From positions 93,358-157,357 of IMG/VR virus record IMGVR_UViG_3300018080_000002: a DNA stretch of 64,000 bases; one strand, 5' to 3'. Positions 37,237 to 46,869 of this stretch are shown piece after piece. The DNA comes from a virus. The notes under the pieces are model-generated. The model was not told the origin of the DNA. It worked only from the letters and a program-made list of their open reading frames with translations, and made no database searches. A program made the translations under genes and the position numbers. Each line of letters opens with the position of its first letter. Positions within the stretch are counted from its first letter, which is position 1.

Positions 37237-38313
37237 ATGTCAGATGTATGGGGTGAAATGGTAGCAGCCGTAAGAAAGTTCGGCTTTGAGAGTGTTTTCC
37301 GCAAATATTATTCTAAATATCGCGCACTTGTCGTTGATGTGGCTGACGAAGAGGATCGATGTCGTGTTTTGGTAAAAGTCCCAACGTTGTTTGCAGATAG
37401 TCCGTTGGCTAATTGGGCTGAACCGATGGTACATGGCGGCAAGATGGATCTGCTCGGTAGTATTACCGGGAAACCGTCTACGACTGGCGGGAAATTCTGC
37501 GGTTCATTTTTTCCTCCGAAAGTTGGTGATTGGATATGGGTAGAATTTAAGAACGGAGATTCAAGATATCCTCTCTATCATTGTGAGTCGTGGTATGGGG
37601 ATGATGAGCGACCAGATGCCTTTGGGGAAGCGTCAGACTGGAATATGATGAATCCTATCTTTATATCGAGATACGGTCATCAGATGTATTTCGATGAGAG
37701 TGCTGGTGCAGCCAAGTTCATGCTGAAGATGAACAACGGCAACATGATCACTATAGATGAGACTACTGGCGATGAAAAAATAGAGATTCAATCAGAGAGG
37801 GGGGCGTATTGGAGATGGACGCTTAATCCTGATTTACAGAATACTGATATTAAGCTTGTGTTGGGGGGAGAATACGAAGAGACTATCAGCCAAGCCGTAG
37901 CCATAGAGCATGAGGATGACGTTGAGTATACGATAGGTGGAACATATGACCTCACGGTATCAGACGCGGTCGCTTTTGAGTTTGAGGATGATTTTGGTCT
38001 AACTATTGGTGGAGATTATGACGTTGAAGTTTCTGGCGACTATTCTATGACGTCAAAAGGTGATACGACAATAGAAGCCAGTGGTGAGGCAACGCTAAAA
38101 GGTAAAACTCAAACGATCGGGAGCGGGGGACATCCCGTAGCTCACGGAGATGTGTTAAAGGATGCTTTGGATGCGTTGGCTGATGAGCTGACTAAGTTGA
38201 CGCCAGGTAGCCCAGCTAATAACGCTTCAGCGATTGCGGCTCTCATAGCGGCTGGAACGGCGTTTAAGTCAGCGATAGCCAAAATGAATAGCGAAAAGAC
38301 AGAGACGGACTGA
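37237..38313 (+). CDS. Baseplate central spike (gp5/gpV/VgrG-like OB fold + beta-helix)
   Basis: YRALVVD..D....RV.V.VP, WAEP, FFPPKVGD.IWVEF.NGD..YP, GH...FDE, beta-repeats. Confidence 0.9.
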   Translation: MSDVWGEMVAAVRKFGFESVFRKYYSKYRALVVDVADEEDRCRVLVKVPTLFADSPLANWAEPMVHGGKMDLLGSITGKPSTTGGKFCGSFFPPKVGDWIWVEFKNGDSRYPLYHCESWYGDDERPDAFGEASDWNMMNPIFISRYGHQMYFDESAGAAKFMLKMNNGNMITIDETTGDEKIEIQSERGAYWRWTLNPDLQNTDIKLVLGGEYEETISQAVAIEHEDDVEYTIGGTYDLTVSDAVAFEFEDDFGLTIGGDYDVEVSGDYSMTSKGDTTIEASGEATLKGKTQTIGSGGHPVAHGDVLKDALDALADELTKLTPGSPANNASAIAALIAAGTAFKSAIAKMNSEKTETD

Positions 38314-39002
38314 TGGGTGCAAAGGATAAATTCATAGATGCGATTATCAAACTGAACTCCGAAGGTCTCGAAGGTGATGCGAAGGATAATGCTGAGAAAG
38401 ATGCGGAGGCAGAGGCGAAAGCGATTTCGTCGGCTATGCTATTGATGAAAATTCCTCCAGGCGCAATTTGCTCAGAGATGACGATTAGTGGTGCTCCTGG
38501 AGGCGTAAAAAACACGTCTTTGATAAAGTTGGTGGATGCAACTCAAGCAGCTCAAGTACTTAAGTCTGCTTTAGTCGGAATCAATTCTGGAGGTCCACCA
38601 TCGGGTGCATCAAAATTGGTTGGTTGGGCTGAGAAATATGCCGATGCAATTAAAGATTTATGCACAAGCGTTGGCATCCCGAAAGGTTCGATTATTGAGA
38701 ATCCTGCTCCAGCTACAATTACTGTTCCTAACCTACCGTTTCCAATTGCAGATTTAACTGGTGCTTTGGCAAAATTTCAGACAGACTACGTAAAAGTTAA
38801 AAAGGGTGATACGACAGATCCATCTGCGATTGCGAGTATATCGGGGTGGGCTAGTCAAGTTGCATCTGCTATAAGTGCTTTTATGATTACGTTAACCGTA
38901 CCGCCTGGTGTTGGCTTTCTTACGATTTCACAACCCGTACCGCCTGGACCTCCGATTGCAGGCATTCCGAACCCCGTTCCATTGCCTTTGGCAGATTCAT
39001 AA
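38313..39002 (+). CDS. Putative spike-tip protein with three internal repeats
   Basis: A..(I/Y/V)..A(M/I).....(I/V)P.G x3; translationally coupled to spike. Confidence 0.5.
   Translation: MGAKDKFIDAIIKLNSEGLEGDAKDNAEKDAEAEAKAISSAMLLMKIPPGAICSEMTISGAPGGVKNTSLIKLVDATQAAQVLKSALVGINSGGPPSGASKLVGWAEKYADAIKDLCTSVGIPKGSIIENPAPATITVPNLPFPIADLTGALAKFQTDYVKVKKGDTTDPSAIASISGWASQVASAISAFMITLTVPPGVGFLTISQPVPPGPPIAGIPNPVPLPLADS
38416..38429 (+). repeat. Dispersed 14-bp motif CGAAAGCGATTTCG, copy 4
   Basis: Exact copy, read in a different frame (AKAIS) from copies 2, 3 and 5 (ESDF). Confidence 0.85.
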
Positions 39003-39012
39003 TGTTGTAATG

Positions 39013-39042
39013 TTGTTTCAATGTCGTGTATTGTGATAAAAT
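39013..39042 (+). promoter_or_regulatory. Possible extended -10 promoter
   Basis: TTGTTT-N18-TAAAAT with TGn extension, in 80-bp gap with AATGT(T/C)GT repeats. Confidence 0.35.
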
Positions 39043-39082
39043 TAACTCAATTGTTACATCGTGTTTACTCAAGGCAGAATAA

Positions 39083-39451
39083 ATGGCAAAGTATCGAGGG
39101 TTAGCATTTCCAATTCAGAAAGGATCTGATGGCTATCCAAAGATGGTTGAAGATGATGAATTGGTATGGAACGATGTAAAGGCATTGTTCAATACTAGAC
39201 GAAGAGTTCGGGTTATGCGTCCAACCCTGGGCATGTTGCTAGAGGGTATTGTTTTCGATAATACCGGACCATTATTGAATGCTAAGGCTTATAGAGAGAT
39301 TGCTACAGCGTTGGCTAGTTTTGAGCCAAGAGTGACTTTGGAAAGTGTTGGTATTGCAGATGAGGATACTACGGTGACGATTGAAACCATAATCAGCATA
39401 AATGGGTTTAAGTATAAATTGACTCATGCAGTTAGCAGAAATAGGGTGTAA
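39083..39451 (+). CDS. Baseplate gp25/GPW-like protein
   Basis: GLAFP, L..T....RVMRP.LG..L..IVF, AL..FEPRV. Confidence 0.88.
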   Translation: MAKYRGLAFPIQKGSDGYPKMVEDDELVWNDVKALFNTRRRVRVMRPTLGMLLEGIVFDNTGPLLNAKAYREIATALASFEPRVTLESVGIADEDTTVTIETIISINGFKYKLTHAVSRNRV

Positions 39452-39453
39452 AT

Positions 39454-41781
39454 ATGGCTGTGACGAGTGCTGTAGATGCGTTAACCAGAGTAAGGTATGT
39501 AGGTCAGGATTTTCAGACGCACGTTAATGAGTCTACGGAATTTCTAAAGACCAAGTACCCTGATGAGTATAACGATTGGGTTGATAGCAATGCTGGTATA
39601 GCCCTGATTCAGTTAATTGGTTATACGGCGCAGGGTTTGTCTTTCTATATGAACAGACGAACCACTGATATTTACATGAACACGGCTCAAACTCCTTCGG
39701 CGATTTCTAAAATTGCTAGGATGTTGAACTACACGATAGAGGCTGCTTCGTCTGCATCGGCTGATATTGTGGTCACTCTAAAAAATGGTCCATACACCTA
39801 TCCTATCACGATCAGAAAGGGCTTTAGATTCTCCGGTCCTAATGGGTTGATTTTTGAATATAGAAACAATGAGCCTATTGTTTACAGTCCTGGAGAGACC
39901 GAAAAAACCTTTACGGTTTATGAGGGTGAGACTAAAGAGAACACCTTTGTTTCTGATGGCACAGAGAATCAGAAATTTTCTCTGGTTGGTGTCCCTGAAG
40001 AAAATTATTTGATCGGAGCTTCCACAGAGGTATATGTTCAGAACCAATTGTGGAGTGAAAGAAACCAGATCCCTTATGCGATTGGTGATTTTTATGAAAT
40101 AGATTATGTCAGTGAGCCTCCTACGATCAAATTTGGGGATGGTATTGCTGGATCGATACCCGACTCTGGATCAGAGATTCGGGTTATTTTTATTGTCGGC
40201 AGCGGTCGTCAGGGACGGATTGGTAGCGGTCTGATATCTACGTCATTAGATGCGTTAGTGGTTCGCAATGAGACTGTTGAGCTTGAGGTTAATAACCCTA
40301 GCCCGTCCAGCGGTGGTGATGATTACGAAGATCTTAGAAAGGTCAAATCACTTGCTCCTGAGTTTTTTCAATCACAAGATAGGGCTATCTCTAAACGAGA
40401 TTACGATGCGATTGCTAATACTTATCCAGGTGTCGCTAAGTCTAATGCGTACATAGTCAGGGGTATTGACGACGATTACACTATCAATTTTTATCTTGAT
40501 AGAATCGTAGCGACAGTAAATGAGGGTGTCAGTGGTATCATTGACGATTCTCAGGCTTATCTTGATATTATTGAGAGTAATGCGAGTGCCATCAATGAAG
40601 CTGTTGATGACATGGAGACAGATATTTTAGCCGTAGTCAATCCAATCATTACGAATATTAAGACTGAATATTCGACAATGGCGACTGAGGTGTCTGGCGT
40701 TGTAGATCAAATGATTAGCGACATCTCGACTTATTGGACTGGCGTTGAGAGTGATTTGTCGGATATCGAGACAGCGACAGATGCGGCAATTACTACTCAG
40801 GAAAAAGAGGTCACTTTACCTCAATCGACAATTATTTCTTTGGTGCAGCAAATAAACGACACGGTGTCTGGTTGTGGATCTGGAGTTACCACTCAGGTTG
40901 CATCTCTTGGAAATGAGATAAACAGCGAAGTGGCGGGGATACGCACAGGGGTAAGGACTGGAGCGGAAACTCTTGATACTGCTGTGAATGCGTTAACAGC
41001 TTCGATAAGGTCTAGGATTGGAGATATCCAGACCGAAATAGATGATCTTAATAGCGAGATTGATACTGTTATTACCGCTAGAGGGACTAATATTGATACG
41101 TATCTCGATAGTATCCCGACAACGATTTCGGCTTTTGTGCTGGATTTTCAAAACTCAGTAAGTGGTAATGTCGAGAATATCAATGATGCTGTTAGCGGTA
41201 TTGACCAAGTATATAAGAGTCATTCTACGGACATTATTGAGAGTGTTGAATCTGATGTTGATGACTTAAAAACGTATCTTGGAGAGACATTATCGACCTC
41301 ATGCTCATCTAATACCGTTGAGGTTCAGGTTTTACAGGTTGACGCGAACAATACTTATGTGGCTCCTACATCTGGTTTGCTGGAATCGTTAAGGAGTCAT
41401 TTGCAGGAAAGAGCCGATGCGGTGCATGTTGTTAAAACGATAGATGGTTCGATTGCGATTGTTCAGGTTGATTTAGAGGTGAGAATTAAAGTGGCTGACG
41501 ATGCTATTCAGGCTGATGTCAGGGATAGGGCTGAGCAGTCTTTGGTTAAGTATGACGATCAACCGTATGGTCTTTTAGTGTTGCGAGATTATGGAGATAG
41601 CCTCTATAAATACGAGATTCAGAAAGCTGTTAGGGATATTCAGTTGAGAGATACCGATGTGGAGTATGCTAATATTGATATTACTTACCCGACATCGAAA
41701 TTGGATTCTGCTGGCAATTTAATTATTGCATCAAATGAAGTAATTGTTCCGAGGACAATAACTGTTGCGGCTATTTTATAA
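39454..41781 (+). CDS. Baseplate wedge protein (T4 gp6 / gpJ-like) with large helical insertion
   Basis: DF......FLK..YP...ND...N.G, IA.MLNY, SDGT.NQ.F, I.FGDG..G.IP, GG.D.E, QDRA....DY. Confidence 0.88.
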   Translation: MAVTSAVDALTRVRYVGQDFQTHVNESTEFLKTKYPDEYNDWVDSNAGIALIQLIGYTAQGLSFYMNRRTTDIYMNTAQTPSAISKIARMLNYTIEAASSASADIVVTLKNGPYTYPITIRKGFRFSGPNGLIFEYRNNEPIVYSPGETEKTFTVYEGETKENTFVSDGTENQKFSLVGVPEENYLIGASTEVYVQNQLWSERNQIPYAIGDFYEIDYVSEPPTIKFGDGIAGSIPDSGSEIRVIFIVGSGRQGRIGSGLISTSLDALVVRNETVELEVNNPSPSSGGDDYEDLRKVKSLAPEFFQSQDRAISKRDYDAIANTYPGVAKSNAYIVRGIDDDYTINFYLDRIVATVNEGVSGIIDDSQAYLDIIESNASAINEAVDDMETDILAVVNPIITNIKTEYSTMATEVSGVVDQMISDISTYWTGVESDLSDIETATDAAITTQEKEVTLPQSTIISLVQQINDTVSGCGSGVTTQVASLGNEINSEVAGIRTGVRTGAETLDTAVNALTASIRSRIGDIQTEIDDLNSEIDTVITARGTNIDTYLDSIPTTISAFVLDFQNSVSGNVENINDAVSGIDQVYKSHSTDIIESVESDVDDLKTYLGETLSTSCSSNTVEVQVLQVDANNTYVAPTSGLLESLRSHLQERADAVHVVKTIDGSIAIVQVDLEVRIKVADDAIQADVRDRAEQSLVKYDDQPYGLLVLRDYGDSLYKYEIQKAVRDIQLRDTDVEYANIDITYPTSKLDSAGNLIIASNEVIVPRTITVAAIL

Positions 41782-41793
41782 TGGGGTTTTGTT

Positions 41794-42234
41794 ATGCCTG
41801 AAACTATGTTGAACAGATATACATATCCAGAATGGGATGCTAAACCGTATTGGGATGTTATAAAGAGTTTTTATGGAGAGCTAGATGTAGCTGTTTATCA
41901 GGCAAAAAACAGGGATCATGCTTTCCTATGTGGGGGTGGATCTCTAACTTGGAACCCGTTGACGTTTACGTTTGCGTGGACGGATGATTTTAAAATTCCA
42001 TTGGTTATGTCTGGCTTTGTTACTAGCGTAGAATATGGTCCTAATGGTACGAGTAGATCTGCTGCAATTCAATCTGGCGAATGTTTGTACTGCGTATTGC
42101 CGACACAAGTAACTGCAAACGTTACTAGAAATGCTGCTGTTGCATCGACTTTATCGAACACCGATAGTAATTTCGTTATTGCTTATAACTGCGATAATAT
42201 TTTGTATGTCCGTAACGGTCAGATTTTAACTTAG
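41794..42234 (+). CDS. Baseplate/tail-associated protein, single copy of a domain repeated in 43568
   Basis: GGG.LTW......W...F.I...IAY....LYVRNG.IL. Confidence 0.55.
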   Translation: MPETMLNRYTYPEWDAKPYWDVIKSFYGELDVAVYQAKNRDHAFLCGGGSLTWNPLTFTFAWTDDFKIPLVMSGFVTSVEYGPNGTSRSAAIQSGECLYCVLPTQVTANVTRNAAVASTLSNTDSNFVIAYNCDNILYVRNGQILT

Positions 42235-42244
42235 GGGATCAGTA

Positions 42245-43102
42245 GTGGCTGGTGGATTTGGAAATCACCCATTTGGAAATGCTCCGTTTGGTAGAGGCGA
42301 CTACTCTCAGGACATTCTGGTAGCCAATTATCCGAGAGAATATTACCAGGATGAGGATGATGTAGAGAATGATCCTGCATATCATTATTTGACTGTTGCG
42401 AAAGAGTCTTTGGACTCTAGGTATGCTGAGGTGGATGCTATGAATACGTTGATGGCTCCATTGGAGATGCCATCAGGTTTGATTCCGTATTTAGCAGATT
42501 CGATCGGTGTAGGTGTTAATGATTATGAGCCTGAAGGGTTTCAGAGATCCATCGTTAACAATGCGGTTAGGTATTACACATTAAAAGGGACGTCTACTGC
42601 ATATAGTATTCGGGGGTTAATGTCTGGTTATGAAGTTGAAGTTTTACAGATGTGGCAAGTTACTCCTGATATTGCGAGTGGAATTGATGACGAATATTTG
42701 AGGCGAATAGGTGATAATTTTTATTCAGAATTAAATCCTACGGAAGTGAGCGGTGTAAGTGGCGATATCCCGTATTATGGAAATTGTGATTTTTGTTTGA
42801 CTGCGTTTGTTGGTATCGTAATGACTTTGAGGCGGGAAGCTCCAGAGGGATACAATGTGTATGTCTTAGACAGGACATTGGATGCTATTAAATCGATTAT
42901 GCCGATTCATGTCCGAGAGTTATTTCTTGAATCGAAGTTGATTTTCAAGGATATTGATATGGCGATTGAAGAAATAAATCAAGAATTTGAAGAAATCTCT
43001 TACAGGAATGTGGGTGTTAATTATTATTACGATTTATGGCCTGCTGATGTGGTTTCGACTGACGTTGGCATAAATGTTCGTGGTTATACACAGGAAATAT
43101 AG
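42245..43102 (+). CDS. Baseplate wedge protein (P2 gpI / gp7-like)
   Basis: LIPYLA..IG......R.....A..YY..KGT, IK..MP.HV. Confidence 0.75.
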   Translation: MAGGFGNHPFGNAPFGRGDYSQDILVANYPREYYQDEDDVENDPAYHYLTVAKESLDSRYAEVDAMNTLMAPLEMPSGLIPYLADSIGVGVNDYEPEGFQRSIVNNAVRYYTLKGTSTAYSIRGLMSGYEVEVLQMWQVTPDIASGIDDEYLRRIGDNFYSELNPTEVSGVSGDIPYYGNCDFCLTAFVGIVMTLRREAPEGYNVYVLDRTLDAIKSIMPIHVRELFLESKLIFKDIDMAIEEINQEFEEISYRNVGVNYYYDLWPADVVSTDVGINVRGYTQEI

Positions 43103-43111
43103 AGGAACACA

Positions 43112-43558
43112 ATGGCTGTATTAGTAGGAACAATTACTGATGTTGGTCGCAGGAGACAGGCTGAATCGTTTATAAGCACTCTTGCTGGCTACGATGTTTT
43201 AAGTTTGAAATATTTCAAGATTGGTGAGGGTGGTTGGATTTCAGATGGAGTATCTAAGATACCCAAAAATCCTAATCCATCTTTGACTGATATTGAGGCA
43301 GACGGAACGCCTGGTAATACCTACGTTCAGAAAGATTTGACTGCTGATAAGGTCCAGTTTATTTTGCCATCCACAGCACAAGTGGAATGTACGTTAGAGA
43401 TGACTGAAGGTAACGATAACGGATACGGTGAAGCTCCTCAGTATTTTGAGATTGGATTGTTTGACGAACAGGACAACATGATTGTTTATGCGACTTTTCC
43501 TGGTGAGACAAAGAACGATGTGAAGATATTGAGACACTTTTTGCTGTGTGTATTCTAG
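43112..43558 (+). CDS. Tail-fibre attachment (DUF3751-like) protein
   Basis: ITDVGR, YFKIG.G, FEIGLFD...NMI.YATFP..K. Confidence 0.7.
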   Translation: MAVLVGTITDVGRRRQAESFISTLAGYDVLSLKYFKIGEGGWISDGVSKIPKNPNPSLTDIEADGTPGNTYVQKDLTADKVQFILPSTAQVECTLEMTEGNDNGYGEAPQYFEIGLFDEQDNMIVYATFPGETKNDVKILRHFLLCVF

Positions 43559-43567
43559 GGGATTGCA

Positions 43568-46500
43568 ATGATCGTACATCAACTACCTATAAATCCTGAA
43601 TATATTAAAGTCCGTTGGCAAGAGCCGTATGTCAGTGGTGGATTGAACAGGAAAACTTTTGGAGTTATCCCCACAGGTATATATCACGGTTTTTCTATCG
43701 AGGCTGGTCCAGGTAACAGAGAGGTCACTGTTACAACGGATGATCCGTTTGGTGACAGTGGTTCGGTATCGGGTCATTCAGGTGGAAATTATGATGCGGC
43801 TGGCGGTTATTCCATAGCTGTCATCAATGACCGCAGAGGTATGCAGACCACTGTAAACATGGATAGTGGTGTATCTGGTACTTTCACATTTGATGCGACT
43901 GGTTACGACGATACTGATCTGTATGCAGTTATTAAGGCAAGATATTACATCGGTCAGTGGTCTGATGGTTGGGTAGCCTTAGTCACCGCAGATGAGATTG
44001 ATGATAATCCTGAGTATGTGGTGATCGGCAAAGTGGCGGTTCCAAGCTCAGGTACTCCTATTGATTCCAGTCATATTTCGTATCGAGATGACACCGATTA
44101 TCCGCGAACAGAGCCATTTGCGACATGGTACAAATGGGGTTTTATGCACTCCGATTATGTTCGCAAAGTCGATGCTATTGAAGAATTGATGTATCGAAAG
44201 CTGACTGGCGGTGGATTTATCGAGTTTGATGCTAATCTGCTGGAATGGAGCAGTCAGATTAGGGTCTATATTCCTGGACGAAACGATGTTTATTACATCG
44301 ATCCTGGCTCTCAGACGTTTGATTCTAATGGTCAGGTTTTATATACGGTCATACCTCATGAAGAACCGACCACAGCTTTACCGACATATTTTGGCACGAT
44401 TGATACTATCACGACCGAAAGCGTGAGTGGTGTAGCTGTTCCGATTTTCATCAGAGCATTTAACCGGGTTTATTCAGGTGACGGTGGTACTCTCCAGTTA
44501 GTCCAAGGTGACGCTGTTTCTGGTGGTATCGATACCGATTTACCAGCCAATATTGAATCTCTGCTTGGCATTACAGATACGAGTACCGAGTGGGGGTTTA
44601 CGAATAATTTTCCAGGATCTCAATTTCAGAATGCAGTTGAGCGATGGTCGTCATTGTCTGAAGATGATGAGAATCTTCATGAGGATAGAAATGTACTACT
44701 TAGCTGTTCTGGTAATGTCAGTTGGGATTTATCCAATGAAACTTTGGATATTGGTGATCCGTTTGTCCTGACGGTGCCAAATGAGTCGTTTGACTGGTAT
44801 GTCAATTCGGGGTCAGTGAGTGGAATTTCTGACGGTGATATTCTGTATGTCACTGTGAACCGTTCGGCTCAAGCCTGGTTGAATTTTTCTAAAACGTCTA
44901 ATGGATCTTTGCCGTTAGATGCAAGCAATAAGAACCACTATGCCATTGCATATAGGTTGGGTGATCGCATAGTTTTCCGTAATGGTTATGTTTTACAGGA
45001 TGGTGCTAACACACCGTTCGAGAATTTGATCGATAGAGATGTTCATATTAGGTGGGATTCGGTGATGAACCGAGTTCTGGCGGTTGGCAATATCTCGAAT
45101 ATCGATGGTTCGTCAGGCCAGGTTCAGTGGGATTACCCGATAAAAATACGGTCGCTGGCTGGCAATCTTTATTATGAGGTTGCCTCTGGATCTGTTACTC
45201 TAGCAGATGAGTATGTTGGTTATTTAGACCTCGATCGTGATACTGATATTGGACCTCATTTACTATGGGTTAACGGAAGTGATACATTAGCTTCCGTTGG
45301 CTCAGTTTCTTGGACTGGTAGTTTAAGCGCAGGCGATTGGGTCAAGAAAAAGCTGCTAGGCTACAGTAAATATTACAAGATTGCCAGTGTCGATAATGCG
45401 TGGACGGTTACTCTCGATGAGAATGTTGCGGAGGATTCATCTCCGGTTACTGGAGAGAAATCTCAGTACGCATTAGCCAATCCAACCTTACAGACTGCTC
45501 ATAGACAATATGTTCCAGAGGATGCTTTCTGGTTATTTTATCGTGATGATTTAGGATCTCCGCGAACGAGAATCCATGTCAGAGATATAGGTCAGATCCT
45601 TGAGGGTGACATGATCACCCCGATAGCATGGGTTTATAATGAGGATCTTTTAACGACTGAAGTATCTGGAATCGGGTCTTTGATGACCTTGCCGAATGAT
45701 AGCAGGGACGGTGATGCTCCGAAATATTACCGAGTTGGTATTGGAGACATGCTGGTTTTTGCTAATGGAGTGCTCCTAACCAGTGACCGAGTGGATGTTA
45801 CTACTCAGTTTATGCTGGACAGCTATAACTCAACTACGGGTGAGTGTTTCGTAAATGCTTCTTATAACGCCAGTTTAGTCCGTCCTGGAGATTGGTTTAC
45901 GGATGCTTTAGGTCGGACTAATTTGGTGAAAAGCAAACCGACAGGAACAAACTCATTCAAGGTTGCTCCAGGATCTTTGGTTGATACTGGGTTTGGCGGT
46001 TTTGTTTATCGACATGATTATGATGAGGTTGGGGTAACTAATTCGTTATCCAATCAGATAGAGCTACTAAGGCCATTCCCGGCTGGTGTAACGTTTAAAT
46101 TCTGGATACAGCCATTCTCTCGTCCTTATGCAGAAAGCAGCGGTACAGGCGTTTCTGGCGATGTTGGAGGCGGTGGAGGAGCTGGTACTCTCCAGGAGGC
46201 ATATGATGGCGGTCATGTTGTCAATGTCGCTGAAGGTCGTCCTGTAACATTTAATGGAGCAGGCATTTCTGGAAAGACTTTCCGAGTCCTCGGTCATATG
46301 GAGGTTTCGGGGGTAGTTGATCCAACAGGTGTTACCTATGATGAGGTATCGTCTGATCCCGATCCTGGAAAAAATACTCAATGGATGAATCTCGGCGGTG
46401 ATTTGATTCAGCAGGATACCATTAGGGGTATCACCCATATCCTAACTGAGCAAGGAAAATGGAAGCAATCGTATCAGAATACGACTGGATCTGTTCTAAA

Positions 46501-46840
46501 TAGCGGTCGTATCGTTGTTAAGGATGGATCTGGTAAGGTCAAATATGCAAGTAGGGATACCGAGTTAAATTCCAATGTTATTGGTGTCTTGATGCAGAAT
46601 ATTGCTCATACTGCGACTGGTTTTGTTCAGAGATCAGGATGGATTGAGTCAAGTATATTCACAACTTCATGTTTTACAGAGGGTTCGTTTCCATCCGAAG
46701 GTGTTGCGGTTTGGCTGGCGACTAATGGTCAGATGACGGTGACTGGTCCTGCAACTGGAAGTGGTGAAAGAGCTATTAAGGTTGGTATTTGGGATGAAGG
46801 TGGACTGTTATGGCAGATAAGAGATTATGGAACGGCATAG
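43568..46840 (+). CDS. Large tail fibre/baseplate-associated protein
   Basis: 1090 aa beta-rich; three copies of the 41794 domain; TLQEAYDGG; 9 VSG. Confidence 0.7.
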   Translation: MIVHQLPINPEYIKVRWQEPYVSGGLNRKTFGVIPTGIYHGFSIEAGPGNREVTVTTDDPFGDSGSVSGHSGGNYDAAGGYSIAVINDRRGMQTTVNMDSGVSGTFTFDATGYDDTDLYAVIKARYYIGQWSDGWVALVTADEIDDNPEYVVIGKVAVPSSGTPIDSSHISYRDDTDYPRTEPFATWYKWGFMHSDYVRKVDAIEELMYRKLTGGGFIEFDANLLEWSSQIRVYIPGRNDVYYIDPGSQTFDSNGQVLYTVIPHEEPTTALPTYFGTIDTITTESVSGVAVPIFIRAFNRVYSGDGGTLQLVQGDAVSGGIDTDLPANIESLLGITDTSTEWGFTNNFPGSQFQNAVERWSSLSEDDENLHEDRNVLLSCSGNVSWDLSNETLDIGDPFVLTVPNESFDWYVNSGSVSGISDGDILYVTVNRSAQAWLNFSKTSNGSLPLDASNKNHYAIAYRLGDRIVFRNGYVLQDGANTPFENLIDRDVHIRWDSVMNRVLAVGNISNIDGSSGQVQWDYPIKIRSLAGNLYYEVASGSVTLADEYVGYLDLDRDTDIGPHLLWVNGSDTLASVGSVSWTGSLSAGDWVKKKLLGYSKYYKIASVDNAWTVTLDENVAEDSSPVTGEKSQYALANPTLQTAHRQYVPEDAFWLFYRDDLGSPRTRIHVRDIGQILEGDMITPIAWVYNEDLLTTEVSGIGSLMTLPNDSRDGDAPKYYRVGIGDMLVFANGVLLTSDRVDVTTQFMLDSYNSTTGECFVNASYNASLVRPGDWFTDALGRTNLVKSKPTGTNSFKVAPGSLVDTGFGGFVYRHDYDEVGVTNSLSNQIELLRPFPAGVTFKFWIQPFSRPYAESSGTGVSGDVGGGGGAGTLQEAYDGGHVVNVAEGRPVTFNGAGISGKTFRVLGHMEVSGVVDPTGVTYDEVSSDPDPGKNTQWMNLGGDLIQQDTIRGITHILTEQGKWKQSYQNTTGSVLNSGRIVVKDGSGKVKYASRDTELNSNVIGVLMQNIAHTATGFVQRSGWIESSIFTTSCFTEGSFPSEGVAVWLATNGQMTVTGPATGSGERAIKVGIWDEGGLLWQIRDYGTA

Positions 46841-46869
46841 TCTGCGATTTCGTGTAATGAGGGGATGAG

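Noticed and set aside
19656-43558. Extracellular contractile injection system or tailocin
   Set aside because: Neck genes, a long tape measure, many phage-type small ORFs and a homing-type nuclease indicate a real phage.
2139-46852. Half-matches to the 14-mer (near 2139, 5895, 17481, 46844)
   Set aside because: Only 8-10 bp match; could be chance, so not counted.
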